Of a DNA stretch of 64,000 nt, positions 38,501 through 47,181 are shown one piece after another (the stretch's first letter is position 1; every line of letters starts with the position of its first letter). A program made the position numbers and the translations under genes. This DNA is from Minisyncoccota bacterium (GTDB lineage Bacteria; Patescibacteriota; Minisyncoccia; Phycocordibacterales; CSBR16-193): positions 7,075-71,074 of the forward strand of contig JBBDRA010000003.1 of the NCBI GenBank assembly GCA_040905715.1. The letters run 5' to 3'. The notes under the pieces were generated by a model. It was not told where the DNA came from. It made no database searches and saw only the letters and a program-made list of their open reading frames with translations.

Positions 38501-39946
38501 ATGAATACACAAACACCATTTTATATCACTACAACGCTGCCATATGTAAACGCCAGTCCGCATATCGGTTTTGCCATGGAGTTAGTGCGTGCAGACATTA
38601 TTGCTCGGTACAAACGTCAGGCGGGTTTTGATGTGTTTTTTAACACCGGCACAGACGAGCATGGTGCAAAGATCCACGAGAAGGCGCTCGAGAAAGGCAT
38701 TGAACCTCAGGAATACGTTGACGAGGCAGCAGAAAAGTTCAAGGATCTGATCGATCTCCTCAACATTTCACCAGAGGTTCATTTCATTCGTACGACCGAT
38801 GAGCGTCACGTAAAAGCAGCGCAAGAGTTTTGGAGGCGGTGCAACGAGAACGGCGATATCTATAAAGGAACCTACAAGGTGAAATACTGTGTGGGCTGCG
38901 AACTCGAGAAGACGGAATCCGACCTCGACGAGAGCGGTCACTGCCCGATTCATCCGAATCGCGAGCTCGAGGTTCGCGAAGAGGAGAACTATTTCTTTAA
39001 GTTTTCCGCGTATGCTGAAAAGTTGCTCGATCTGTATACTAGCACGCCGGACTTTGTGATCCCTGACTTTCGTCTGGGTGAAATACGGGCATTTGTAGAG
39101 CGCGGGCTCACTGACTTTAGTATCTCTCGGGTGAAGGAGAAGATGCCGTGGGGGATCGAGGTGCCTGGTGATCCTGACCATGTGATGTATGTATGGTTCG
39201 ATGCGTTAGTGAACTACGTCTCAACACTTGACTGGCCGATCGAGTCAGAGATGTTCGAGAGGTACTGGAAGAATGGCACGCCAACCCAGTACGCCGGCAA
39301 GGATAACCTGCGCCAGCAGTCTGCCATGTGGCAAGCAATGCTCATGTCGGCCGGTTTACCTGCTTCTCGCCAGATCGTGATAAATGGTTTTATTACCAGC
39401 GGTGGTCAGAAGATGTCGAAGTCGACCGGTAACGTGATCAGTCCGCAGGAGATAGTTGAGGTATACGGTGCTGATGCACTGCGCTACTACTTAGCGCGAG
39501 AGTTGCAGTCGTTCGAAGATAGCGACTTTACCCAAGAGCGATTTCGCGAGGTCTACAACGCTAACCTCGCAAACGGTCTTGGGAACCTGGCTAGTCGGAT
39601 CATGAAAATGGCTGAGACGCACCTAACGACCGCCCCGATACTGCCGGCACAAGTGTATGAGCAGGATTTCCAGGAAGCATTGGAGCGATTCGATCTTCAG
39701 CGAGCAACAGACATCATCTGGGAGAAGATCCAAGCTATGGACGGAAATATCCAGGAGACAGAGCCGTTCAAACTGGTTAAAACTGATCTAGAGCAAGCCA
39801 AAGCTATTATTAGCGACCTCGTGATCGATCTGTATAAAGTAAGTCAGATGCTTGCTCCGGTCATGCCGAGTACGTCAGCGGCAATTCAAGAGGCGGTCAA
39901 GACGAACACAAAGCCGGAAACACTTTTTCCTCGCCGAGAAGAGTAG
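38501..39946 (+). CDS. metG: Methionine--tRNA ligase (short form)
   Basis: YVNASPHIG, TGTDEHG, YVWFDAL, KMSKS. Confidence 0.97.
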   Translation: MNTQTPFYITTTLPYVNASPHIGFAMELVRADIIARYKRQAGFDVFFNTGTDEHGAKIHEKALEKGIEPQEYVDEAAEKFKDLIDLLNISPEVHFIRTTDERHVKAAQEFWRRCNENGDIYKGTYKVKYCVGCELEKTESDLDESGHCPIHPNRELEVREEENYFFKFSAYAEKLLDLYTSTPDFVIPDFRLGEIRAFVERGLTDFSISRVKEKMPWGIEVPGDPDHVMYVWFDALVNYVSTLDWPIESEMFERYWKNGTPTQYAGKDNLRQQSAMWQAMLMSAGLPASRQIVINGFITSGGQKMSKSTGNVISPQEIVEVYGADALRYYLARELQSFEDSDFTQERFREVYNANLANGLGNLASRIMKMAETHLTTAPILPAQVYEQDFQEALERFDLQRATDIIWEKIQAMDGNIQETEPFKLVKTDLEQAKAIISDLVIDLYKVSQMLAPVMPSTSAAIQEAVKTNTKPETLFPRREE

Positions 39947-39954
39947 AACCAGAC

Positions 39955-40767
39955 ATGACTCAACTGAACTACATCGATATTCATGCTCACTTTGATACCT
40001 ACGAGCCTGAAGAGCGTCAGGCTGTGCTGGGGCGGATGCGCGAGCATGGCGTTCACGCGATTGCTGTCGGTACCGATGTGCAGAGCTCGCAAAGTGTTGT
40101 TCGGCTTGCCCGAGAAGAAGAAAGCGTGTCTGCCTGTGTTGGTGTTCATCCGGACGCAAGCAGAGACGCCGACCTGGATATGATCGCAGGTCTTGCCGGT
40201 GACCCGCAGGTGGTTGCGATAGGTGAGTGCGGGTTTGATTACTTTAGGCGCGAGGGGAGAGAGGGTGGAGGAAGTGATCGAGATGATCTGAAGCCGGTTC
40301 AGCAAGCGGTGTTTGAGCGGCAGGTGGAGCTTGCGGTGCAGTATCAGAAACCGCTCATGCTTCATGTGCGCCCGGCGAAGGATTCTATGGATGCCTACGA
40401 AGACACACTTGAGCTCCTCGAGAGCTATGCACAAGAACATGGCGAGGCTCTGGGCGGTAACGCGCACTTTTTTGCCGGCACAGTTGAACATGCGCGGCGG
40501 TTTCTTGAGATCGGCTTTACGCTTTCGTTTACCGGAGTTATTACGTTCACAAATGATTACGACGAGGTGATTCGATACATTCCCTCGGATATGCTACACG
40601 CGGAGACCGATTCGCCGTTTGTTGCGCCTGTTCCGTATCGTGGCAAGCAGAACGAGCCGAGCTATGTACAACACGTTGTTGAGCGGCTAGCCCGGATACG
40701 CGACGAGGACCCGCAGGTGTTGGGAAAAGCGCTTGTGGACAACGCACGGCGACTTTTTGGAGTATAG
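39955..40767 (+). CDS. tatD: TatD family DNase
   Basis: DIHAH, GVHP, IGECGFDY, ETDSPF. Confidence 0.95.
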   Translation: MTQLNYIDIHAHFDTYEPEERQAVLGRMREHGVHAIAVGTDVQSSQSVVRLAREEESVSACVGVHPDASRDADLDMIAGLAGDPQVVAIGECGFDYFRREGREGGGSDRDDLKPVQQAVFERQVELAVQYQKPLMLHVRPAKDSMDAYEDTLELLESYAQEHGEALGGNAHFFAGTVEHARRFLEIGFTLSFTGVITFTNDYDEVIRYIPSDMLHAETDSPFVAPVPYRGKQNEPSYVQHVVERLARIRDEDPQVLGKALVDNARRLFGV

Positions 40768-40809
40768 TAAATAAGAGGCGATGAGGTTATTTTATGAATA
40801 ATTATTTTT

Positions 40810-41763
40810 ATGCAACAAGATCTTGAACAAAATACTGTGTCCGGATCATCGGAAGGTTTTGACACAACACCTGCATACGGACAACAGGAGACTCTTGTTT
40901 CCGGAGCAGGCCCTGTAAATGAGCAAACAAAATTACCAAGCATCGGCACTCACTTGAAGGAAGCGTACGCAATGGTGGTAGATCGCGCCGGCGTGCTTAG
41001 CGTAGCTTATATAGCTTTGTTTATTGTTAATATCCTTACACTCTACATAGCTGCGAAAGTAGTGTTCCTTTTAGCGTTTAATTCTGGTGGTTTCGAAATG
41101 ATCCTGCCATTAATGGCGTTGGTCGGTATTGGGTGTGTGGCCTATGGGGTTTGGACGGTTATTATAGTAATGATCGTGGATTCACTACTTACTCCGCACG
41201 AAAACTCAACTGTAGGACGTCACATTTACCGTGCTGTTGCGTTGTTTGTCCCGGCTCTTTGGATTGTTATTCTCGTCGGATTGGCCACGACCGGTGGATT
41301 TGTTTTACTGGTCATCCCCGGAATCCTTCTTAGTTTGTGGTTCTCTCTAGTTATTCCAGTTATGATTGCTGATAGATATCGCGGATGGGATGCGCTGTGT
41401 GCCAGTCGAGAACTTGTACGTAACTACACAGGGGAAGTATTTATTCGATATCTCGTTGTTGGTATCCTTCTTGCCGTCATTGGGGGAATAGCTGGCTTGA
41501 TCCTTGACCTGGTCGTATCAGCTGTTTTGCCATCGTACGGGCTAATGGAATTGATCGTTAGCCAAATTATTCCTATATTGATCAATACTGTTCTTTGGAT
41601 ATATATTGTGGCGTTTGGCGTTCGATTATATCAGTATTTGAAGGAGCGAAAAGGGGTAGTTGATCCGTCAAATCCAAAACGCGGTTGGTATATGGCCGCT
41701 GCCGTACTCGGCCTTTTGGTTATTTTAGGGTATACCGCTATGATCGGTAGTGTTCTATTGTAA
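40810..41763 (+). CDS. Multi-pass membrane protein
   Basis: Several TMs; LLVIPGI...WF, AL..SRELV pattern. Confidence 0.75.
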   Translation: MQQDLEQNTVSGSSEGFDTTPAYGQQETLVSGAGPVNEQTKLPSIGTHLKEAYAMVVDRAGVLSVAYIALFIVNILTLYIAAKVVFLLAFNSGGFEMILPLMALVGIGCVAYGVWTVIIVMIVDSLLTPHENSTVGRHIYRAVALFVPALWIVILVGLATTGGFVLLVIPGILLSLWFSLVIPVMIADRYRGWDALCASRELVRNYTGEVFIRYLVVGILLAVIGGIAGLILDLVVSAVLPSYGLMELIVSQIIPILINTVLWIYIVAFGVRLYQYLKERKGVVDPSNPKRGWYMAAAVLGLLVILGYTAMIGSVLL

Positions 41764-41930
41764 CTGGTGCTGGACTAAGATAATCTGAGATTCGAAGTTT
41801 GGTAGCAGGAATGATGAATAGAATAAGCAGGTGCGGGTGAATCGGCAATAATCACTTGCGCCTGCTATGTCGGTGTGATAGGCTAGATTTCATTAAGAAA
41901 AGAAGATAGCCAGTAAAAAAGAAGCCCCAT

Positions 41931-42440
41931 ATGGCAGAAAACGACACACAAGCACTTCAAGAGAACGGATCTGAGATCATCGCGCGCGAATACGAATGCG
42001 CGTATTTACTCATGCCAACGATCGCTGAGGAGAAGGTTGCTGGCGAGGTTGAGGCGATCCGATCTGTGATCGAAAAGAACAGCGCCGGTATTGTCCAGGA
42101 AAAAGAGCCTGAGAAAATGCCACTGGCCTACGAGATGACGATCAAGCGAGAAGGAAAGAAAGATCGTTTCTTGGAAGCGTATTTCGGTTGGATGACCTTC
42201 ACGGCTTCAAGCGAGGCGATCGCCGTGATGAACGAAGAGCTTGCCCGTAACAGTTCACTGATCAGATTCATGATCATTCTTGCCGCTGCTGAGCAGGGTG
42301 TCGACGATGTTGATGAGTCACTGGTCTCGCCGCAAAGCGAGGAAGATCAGGTCAAACTCGATGATGACGCCTCTTCGGAAGATATCGACAAAAGCATCGA
42401 TGCACTTGTTGACGAGGAAGAAACTGTGACGGCATCGTAA
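41931..42440 (+). CDS. rpsF: 30S ribosomal protein S6 (acidic tail)
   Basis: YECAYLL, LAYEM, AYFGW, LIRFMI; precedes ssb. Confidence 0.88.
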   Translation: MAENDTQALQENGSEIIAREYECAYLLMPTIAEEKVAGEVEAIRSVIEKNSAGIVQEKEPEKMPLAYEMTIKREGKKDRFLEAYFGWMTFTASSEAIAVMNEELARNSSLIRFMIILAAAEQGVDDVDESLVSPQSEEDQVKLDDDASSEDIDKSIDALVDEEETVTAS

Positions 42441-42462
42441 TTACCACCTCAACTCTTAGTCT

Positions 42463-42924
42463 ATGTACCTTAATAAAGCGATCATCATTGGTAACCTTAC
42501 TCAAGATCCTGAACTAAAATCACTTCCATCAGGTGTTCAGGTCTCGAACTTTTCACTTGCAACAAACCGTGTGTACAATGACAAAGACGGCAACAAGCAG
42601 GAGAGCTCTGAATTCCACAATATTGTGGTCTTTGGAAGGCAGGCGGAAACAAGCGCGCAGTATCTGAAGAAAGGCCAGCAGGCGCTTGTCGAAGGACGGT
42701 TGCAGACGAGAAGCTGGGAAGATCAAAACGGAGTAAAGAAGTACCGAACCGAGATCATTGCCGACCGGGTACAGTTCGGGCAGAAGGCCGGTGACGCACC
42801 TGCGGGAGGCCAAGGAGGCGGACAAAAGCAAGCTGCTAACACCGGCAGTCAACAGCAGGATCAGCAAGGACAAGATATTAACTATCCGGACGAAGAGATC
42901 AATCCTGACGATATCCCGTTTTAG
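42463..42924 (+). CDS. ssb: Single-stranded DNA-binding protein
   Basis: NKAIIIGNLT.DPE, EGRLQTRSW, C-terminal DDIPF. Confidence 0.98.
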   Translation: MYLNKAIIIGNLTQDPELKSLPSGVQVSNFSLATNRVYNDKDGNKQESSEFHNIVVFGRQAETSAQYLKKGQQALVEGRLQTRSWEDQNGVKKYRTEIIADRVQFGQKAGDAPAGGQGGGQKQAANTGSQQQDQQGQDINYPDEEINPDDIPF

Positions 42925-43066
42925 AAAAATAAGGAGTGAAGCGACTATATTTTTCTACCCGGTTAAATAATCGAGACCAGTGGTCTCGATTCCGGTCGAC
43001 CTGTCGGCCGGATTTAACCGGGTGACTTAAGCGAGTAATTCGTTTCACTCATAACACGTTAAGCCA
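42922..43066. mobile_element. Non-coding (empty) copy of the ACCCGGTTAAAT-bounded element
   Basis: Perfect 12-bp inverted repeats 42957-42968/43012-43023; same flanking hairpin loops as 54639-54983. Confidence 0.7.
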
Positions 43067-43254
43067 TGAATTCAAACATCAATCTTACATCACTCGACTA
43101 TAAGCACACAGAAACACTGAAGAAGTTTCTGGATGATCACGGTCGTATTCTACCGCGTCGTAAAACCGGCGTGACTGCAAAGAACCAGCGTCGAGTAGCA
43201 AACGCTATCAAGCGCGCTCGATTCATGGGGCTTCTGCCTTACATTCTTCGATAG
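43066..43254 (+). CDS. rpsR: 30S ribosomal protein S18
   Basis: [25 protein letters not shown]. Confidence 0.97.
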   Translation: MNSNINLTSLDYKHTETLKKFLDDHGRILPRRKTGVTAKNQRRVANAIKRARFMGLLPYILR

Positions 43255-43276
43255 TCGTTTGGTGGGTGCTTCGGGT

Positions 43277-43666
43277 ATGAATTACTGGCCAATATATTTA
43301 CCGTCGTTGTCTTTTTCAGAAAAAGTAAAAAACATACTTGTGTGTTTTTTGATCATGGCCTTGGGTTTAGGATTGTTTAAATTTGCTCCGATCTCATTGT
43401 GGGGGAGCGGTATCCAGTTTGACGCATCGTTTCATGTTGTCGCAACGATATTTGGTCTGTACGTAATTTGGTATTTTATCGAAAGAAATAAACGATGGCG
43501 GGTACCGTTCTTTATTGTGGCAACCGGTTTGGTGACGGTTATTTCAATCCAGCGGATCTTTGCTGAGGCTCATAACGAGATCGGCATACTTATCGCTCTT
43601 GCGCTCTCTGCGGTAGCGATCATTCTGTCGCGTCCGGAATATTTTCTTAAGCGCCTGAGGTTTTAG
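43277..43666 (+). CDS. Membrane protein
   Basis: Four hydrophobic segments. Confidence 0.65.
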   Translation: MNYWPIYLPSLSFSEKVKNILVCFLIMALGLGLFKFAPISLWGSGIQFDASFHVVATIFGLYVIWYFIERNKRWRVPFFIVATGLVTVISIQRIFAEAHNEIGILIALALSAVAIILSRPEYFLKRLRF

Positions 43667-43706
43667 TGAGGTTCTAGATCTGTCGACACGTAGACATGGT
43701 AGCTAA

Positions 43707-43736
43707 ATAAAACACCATCCGCCGGGTGGTGTTTTA
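43707..43736. terminator. Bidirectional terminator
   Basis: ATAAAACACCATCC-gcc-GGGTGGTGTTTTAT between convergent genes. Confidence 0.7.
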
Positions 43737-44303
43737 TTTTTTGGAAACTCGCTCTACGTAGACACCTTTTTCTGTGTTCACGCGGATCACGTCTCCGGCT
43801 TCAATGAACATCGGTACTTCTATTTCAGCACCGGAGGAGAGGGTAATACGTTTGTTGCCTCCTTGTGCGGTGTTGCCCTTGATATTTGGCGGGGCATCAG
43901 TAACCTCAAGTTCGACTTTAACCGGCAAGGTAATGCCGATGTATGCATCCTGGTGGCGAATACCGCTTACCTCCATTCCTTCAATGAGGTAGATAGCTTG
44001 TTTACCGATAACCTCTTCAGAGATAGAGAAACGATCACTTTTATCTTCTTTAGAATGAAAAATGTAGTCACCTCGCTTTTCGTAAATAAAAATGATCGGC
44101 TGAGTATCAATGGAAGCCTTCTCAACTTTGTCAGATTGCTGAAATGTGCGCTCCATAACATTTCCTGTTATAAGGTTGCGAAGCTTGGTCTGATTGACCG
44201 CTTTTCGTTGCTGTTTGCGGAAAATGTGAGAATCGAGTACTTCGTAGGGTTGGCCGTCGAGCTCAATATAGGTTCGGTTTGTGATGTCGCTGTAGCTAAG
44301 CAT
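43734..44303 (-). CDS. efp: Elongation factor P
   Basis: KLRNLITG, KGNTA.GG.K, VPMFIEAGDVIRVNT..G.YVER. Confidence 0.95.
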   Translation of the reverse strand: MLSYSDITNRTYIELDGQPYEVLDSHIFRKQQRKAVNQTKLRNLITGNVMERTFQQSDKVEKASIDTQPIIFIYEKRGDYIFHSKEDKSDRFSISEEVIGKQAIYLIEGMEVSGIRHQDAYIGITLPVKVELEVTDAPPNIKGNTAQGGNKRITLSSGAEIEVPMFIEAGDVIRVNTEKGVYVERVSKK

Positions 44304-44461
44304 GGGCGAGAGTATAGCATATATCCATCCGTTTTGGATGGATGGTCGTCTTGTATCTTAAATCGTATCTACCTATAACAACAAATAGCGTAACTAATTC
44401 TTCATCAGTCCGGCGGATCTTTTTTACGAGACATGGCCTTTTCTGTGCGCAAGTATGCTAC

Positions 44462-46597
44462 TCAGGCTTCCGCTTGTAGGTTTTCGCGGATCTGTTTGAG
44501 GAGTTCAGTTCTGATCTTCTTGCTTTCTTTCTGTTGGAGAAGTTGGCGAGTGGCGTCGTATCCGCGACCAAGTTTCTCCTCGCCGTAGTAGTAGACGCTT
44601 CCTTTCTTGGTCACGAGCCCAAACCGCTCGCCAAGGGCGATAAGTTCGCCTTCTTTGGAGATACCTTCGTTATACATCAGATCGAATTCGGTCTGTTTGA
44701 ACGGTGCAGCAACCTTGTTTTTCACCACCTTTACACGTACCCGTCCGCCCATGACAGCATCACCTTTCTTGATCTGGGCAATACGGCGCACGTCAAGGCG
44801 AACCGACGTGTAGAACTTGAGCGCTCGACCACCCGGAGTCGTCTCGGGAGAGTTACTTACCAGACAGTCATCTATAAAGTAGTTGTGGTTGTTAGCAACA
44901 GAAATATCAAATCGCTGTTTACTGATCCGCTGACCGTCTCGATAGGGAACGCGGGTTCCTATCTTCTGTACTCGCATTGGTCTCAATACCTCGGTTTGGT
45001 TTGTCTGAGTCGGCAGTTGGTGAAACTGTCCGCGGTAGGAAGCAGGGAGTTTGTACTCCATTGACGAGGGTACGAACGGAGCGATCAGCTCAAATAGTTT
45101 GTCCGACTCTGCTACTGAAAATGAGAGCACGTCGTACTCGCCACACGCTCGCCATGTAGGTGTTATACCGAAACGCGCAAATATGCGGTCGATACGTTCA
45201 CGACTTTTTGTGTCATTGGAAAATCCGTTTACATATAACGCGGCGCGTGGGCGACGGGTGTAGGTTTTACCCTTCCAGTATGTTTTGCCGGTCTGAAGTG
45301 ATCCGTCGCCACAGTACCACAACGCGATCGCTCGGGGCGTGATCGTCTCAACGATCGATTCCGGTACTATCTTTTTCTTTTCAACGTAGAATAGGGAATG
45401 AAGGTCACCGATACGCAAAAGCGCTTGTGTTTCCATTGTCGCGGTACCGCGCGAGGTTTGCGTAGTAACATTACGTGTTAGGTCACCGAGCTCTTCAGCT
45501 AACCAGGATACATATCCGCTTTGAGAGGCGGCGTGTTCTTCTCTAAAGTACGCCGTTTGCTCACCTTGTTTCTTGATATTTCCGTCACCAAGTAGGGAGC
45601 CGATGATTATCTGCTCTTGTTCATGGCTCATCTCGGTATTTGATATGCGGACAGAGATTTCATCGCCTTCCTTAATATCTTTTGCCTTTCTCCAGCCATG
45701 CGGCGTGTAAACCTTGTGGTCAGGAGTACACGAGAACCCGCGCCGTCCGTTCCCTGTGTGGTTTTGTACAAAAAACTGGAGAAATGAGTCTGTTTCTCCG
45801 TTAATGTGCCAGTCAAGCACCGGTTGAGGTTCAATCTGCTTTGTCTCAAAGTTGTACGAGAGTACTTCTACCGGAAGTGTCTGGTTTACAATCTTTCCAA
45901 TTTTCTCACGACTTCCGTCGGCGAGCATTACCTGGGAGTCGTACGAGAAACAGCCGAACATAACGCCGATCTTCTCACGGATCTGGTTAATAAATATGAC
46001 CGTGGTGTTGCTTTTGGCGACGATAGCGGTCAGCTTACGGAGTGCTTGGGACATCAGGCGTGCCTGCTTGCCCACCTGGGCGTCACCCATCTCACCCTCG
46101 ATTTCGTCTCGGGGAGTAAGAGCGGCAACTGAGTCAACGACGATAATGTCTACTTTGCCGGATCGAACAAGGCTTTCGGTTATCTCCAGTGCCTGCTCCC
46201 CGTTGTCCGGCTGAGAGATCAAGAGGTCATTGATATTCACTCCAAGTTTCTTGGTGTACTCCGGGTCCATGGCGTGCTCGGCATCAATGAATGCTGCGAT
46301 CCCTCCTTGCTTTTGTGCTCCGGCAACTGCGTGGAGAGCAAGCGTGGTCTTTCCGGAAGATTCCGGTCCGTATATCTCGATAACACGCCCGCGGGGAAAT
46401 CCTCCAACACCAAGAGCGTAGTCAAGACCCACCGAACCGCTTGGGATAGCATCAATATCTACCTTAGGTCTCTCCCCAAGTTTTGTAATGGATTCTTCTC
46501 CGAACTTTGTCTGGATCTCGCGAAGAGTGTCGTCAATACTTGTACTTGCGTCATCTTTCTTTTGCAAGGTCTTTGCGGTTTTCTGTTTCTTGGCCAT
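44462..46597 (-). CDS. recA: RecA with intein
   Basis: [51 protein letters not shown]. Confidence 0.98.
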   Translation of the reverse strand: MAKKQKTAKTLQKKDDASTSIDDTLREIQTKFGEESITKLGERPKVDIDAIPSGSVGLDYALGVGGFPRGRVIEIYGPESSGKTTLALHAVAGAQKQGGIAAFIDAEHAMDPEYTKKLGVNINDLLISQPDNGEQALEITESLVRSGKVDIIVVDSVAALTPRDEIEGEMGDAQVGKQARLMSQALRKLTAIVAKSNTTVIFINQIREKIGVMFGCFSYDSQVMLADGSREKIGKIVNQTLPVEVLSYNFETKQIEPQPVLDWHINGETDSFLQFFVQNHTGNGRRGFSCTPDHKVYTPHGWRKAKDIKEGDEISVRISNTEMSHEQEQIIIGSLLGDGNIKKQGEQTAYFREEHAASQSGYVSWLAEELGDLTRNVTTQTSRGTATMETQALLRIGDLHSLFYVEKKKIVPESIVETITPRAIALWYCGDGSLQTGKTYWKGKTYTRRPRAALYVNGFSNDTKSRERIDRIFARFGITPTWRACGEYDVLSFSVAESDKLFELIAPFVPSSMEYKLPASYRGQFHQLPTQTNQTEVLRPMRVQKIGTRVPYRDGQRISKQRFDISVANNHNYFIDDCLVSNSPETTPGGRALKFYTSVRLDVRRIAQIKKGDAVMGGRVRVKVVKNKVAAPFKQTEFDLMYNEGISKEGELIALGERFGLVTKKGSVYYYGEEKLGRGYDATRQLLQQKESKKIRTELLKQIRENLQAEA
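44852..45952 (-). mobile_element. Intein (367 aa) with LAGLIDADG endonuclease domain
   Basis: GVMFG|CFSYDS...TPDH...GSLLGDG...LWYCGDG...[11 protein letters not shown]|SPETT. Confidence 0.95.
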
Positions 46598-46623
46598 ATA
46601 CGCTGAGTCTCGTTTTGAGATGA

Positions 46624-47043
46624 TTAGGATTCGTTTCCGGCCTCAGGATCTTGTGGCTCTTCTTGACTTAGTGGATCAGAATCGGACTGAGCAAGAGGAG
46701 TATGAACGATCTCAACCGTATCTGTGGTTGTGCGTCCGAATCGGTCGGTCGCTTCGATCGTGATCACGTTGTATCCCTGGGCAAGAACAACCGGTTCTTC
46801 AAATTGTCCTTCTTCGTTAATATAAATTGTTCGGTCGTTGAGGCTGATGGCGGAGATGTTCGAAGTGATGCCTTCAACGTTAACTAATGTGGTGCGCACG
46901 GTAGCGCCGTTTTGTGGGTGCTGAATTGACACGTTTGGACCGCTGATCAGGTCGCGCGCCTGGAACAAGCCGTAGCCCACCAGGAGGCAGACGATCATGG
47001 TGCCGATGGTAAAGTGAAGTATTCGCTGTCCTTTAATGGTCAT
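46624..47043 (-). CDS. Membrane-anchored Ig-like domain protein
   Basis: TM followed by [19 protein letters not shown]. Confidence 0.75.
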   Translation of the reverse strand: MTIKGQRILHFTIGTMIVCLLVGYGLFQARDLISGPNVSIQHPQNGATVRTTLVNVEGITSNISAISLNDRTIYINEEGQFEEPVVLAQGYNVITIEATDRFGRTTTDTVEIVHTPLAQSDSDPLSQEEPQDPEAGNES

Positions 47044-47181
47044 AGTGTTTGCATGCCCTCCTGACCCCTTTGTGGGGGAAATTCGCGGTCGTGCGGGTCC
47101 TTCTGTAAGGACAGGAGTGTAAACCTCCACTGCCGTACAACCTCGGATATGACCACAGTATACCACGCACAATGTCTTATA

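Noticed and set aside
47044-47165. SRP RNA or 6S RNA call
   Set aside because: No CAGG-GNRA-AGCAG SRP motif and no long 6S rod; kept only as an unknown structured leader
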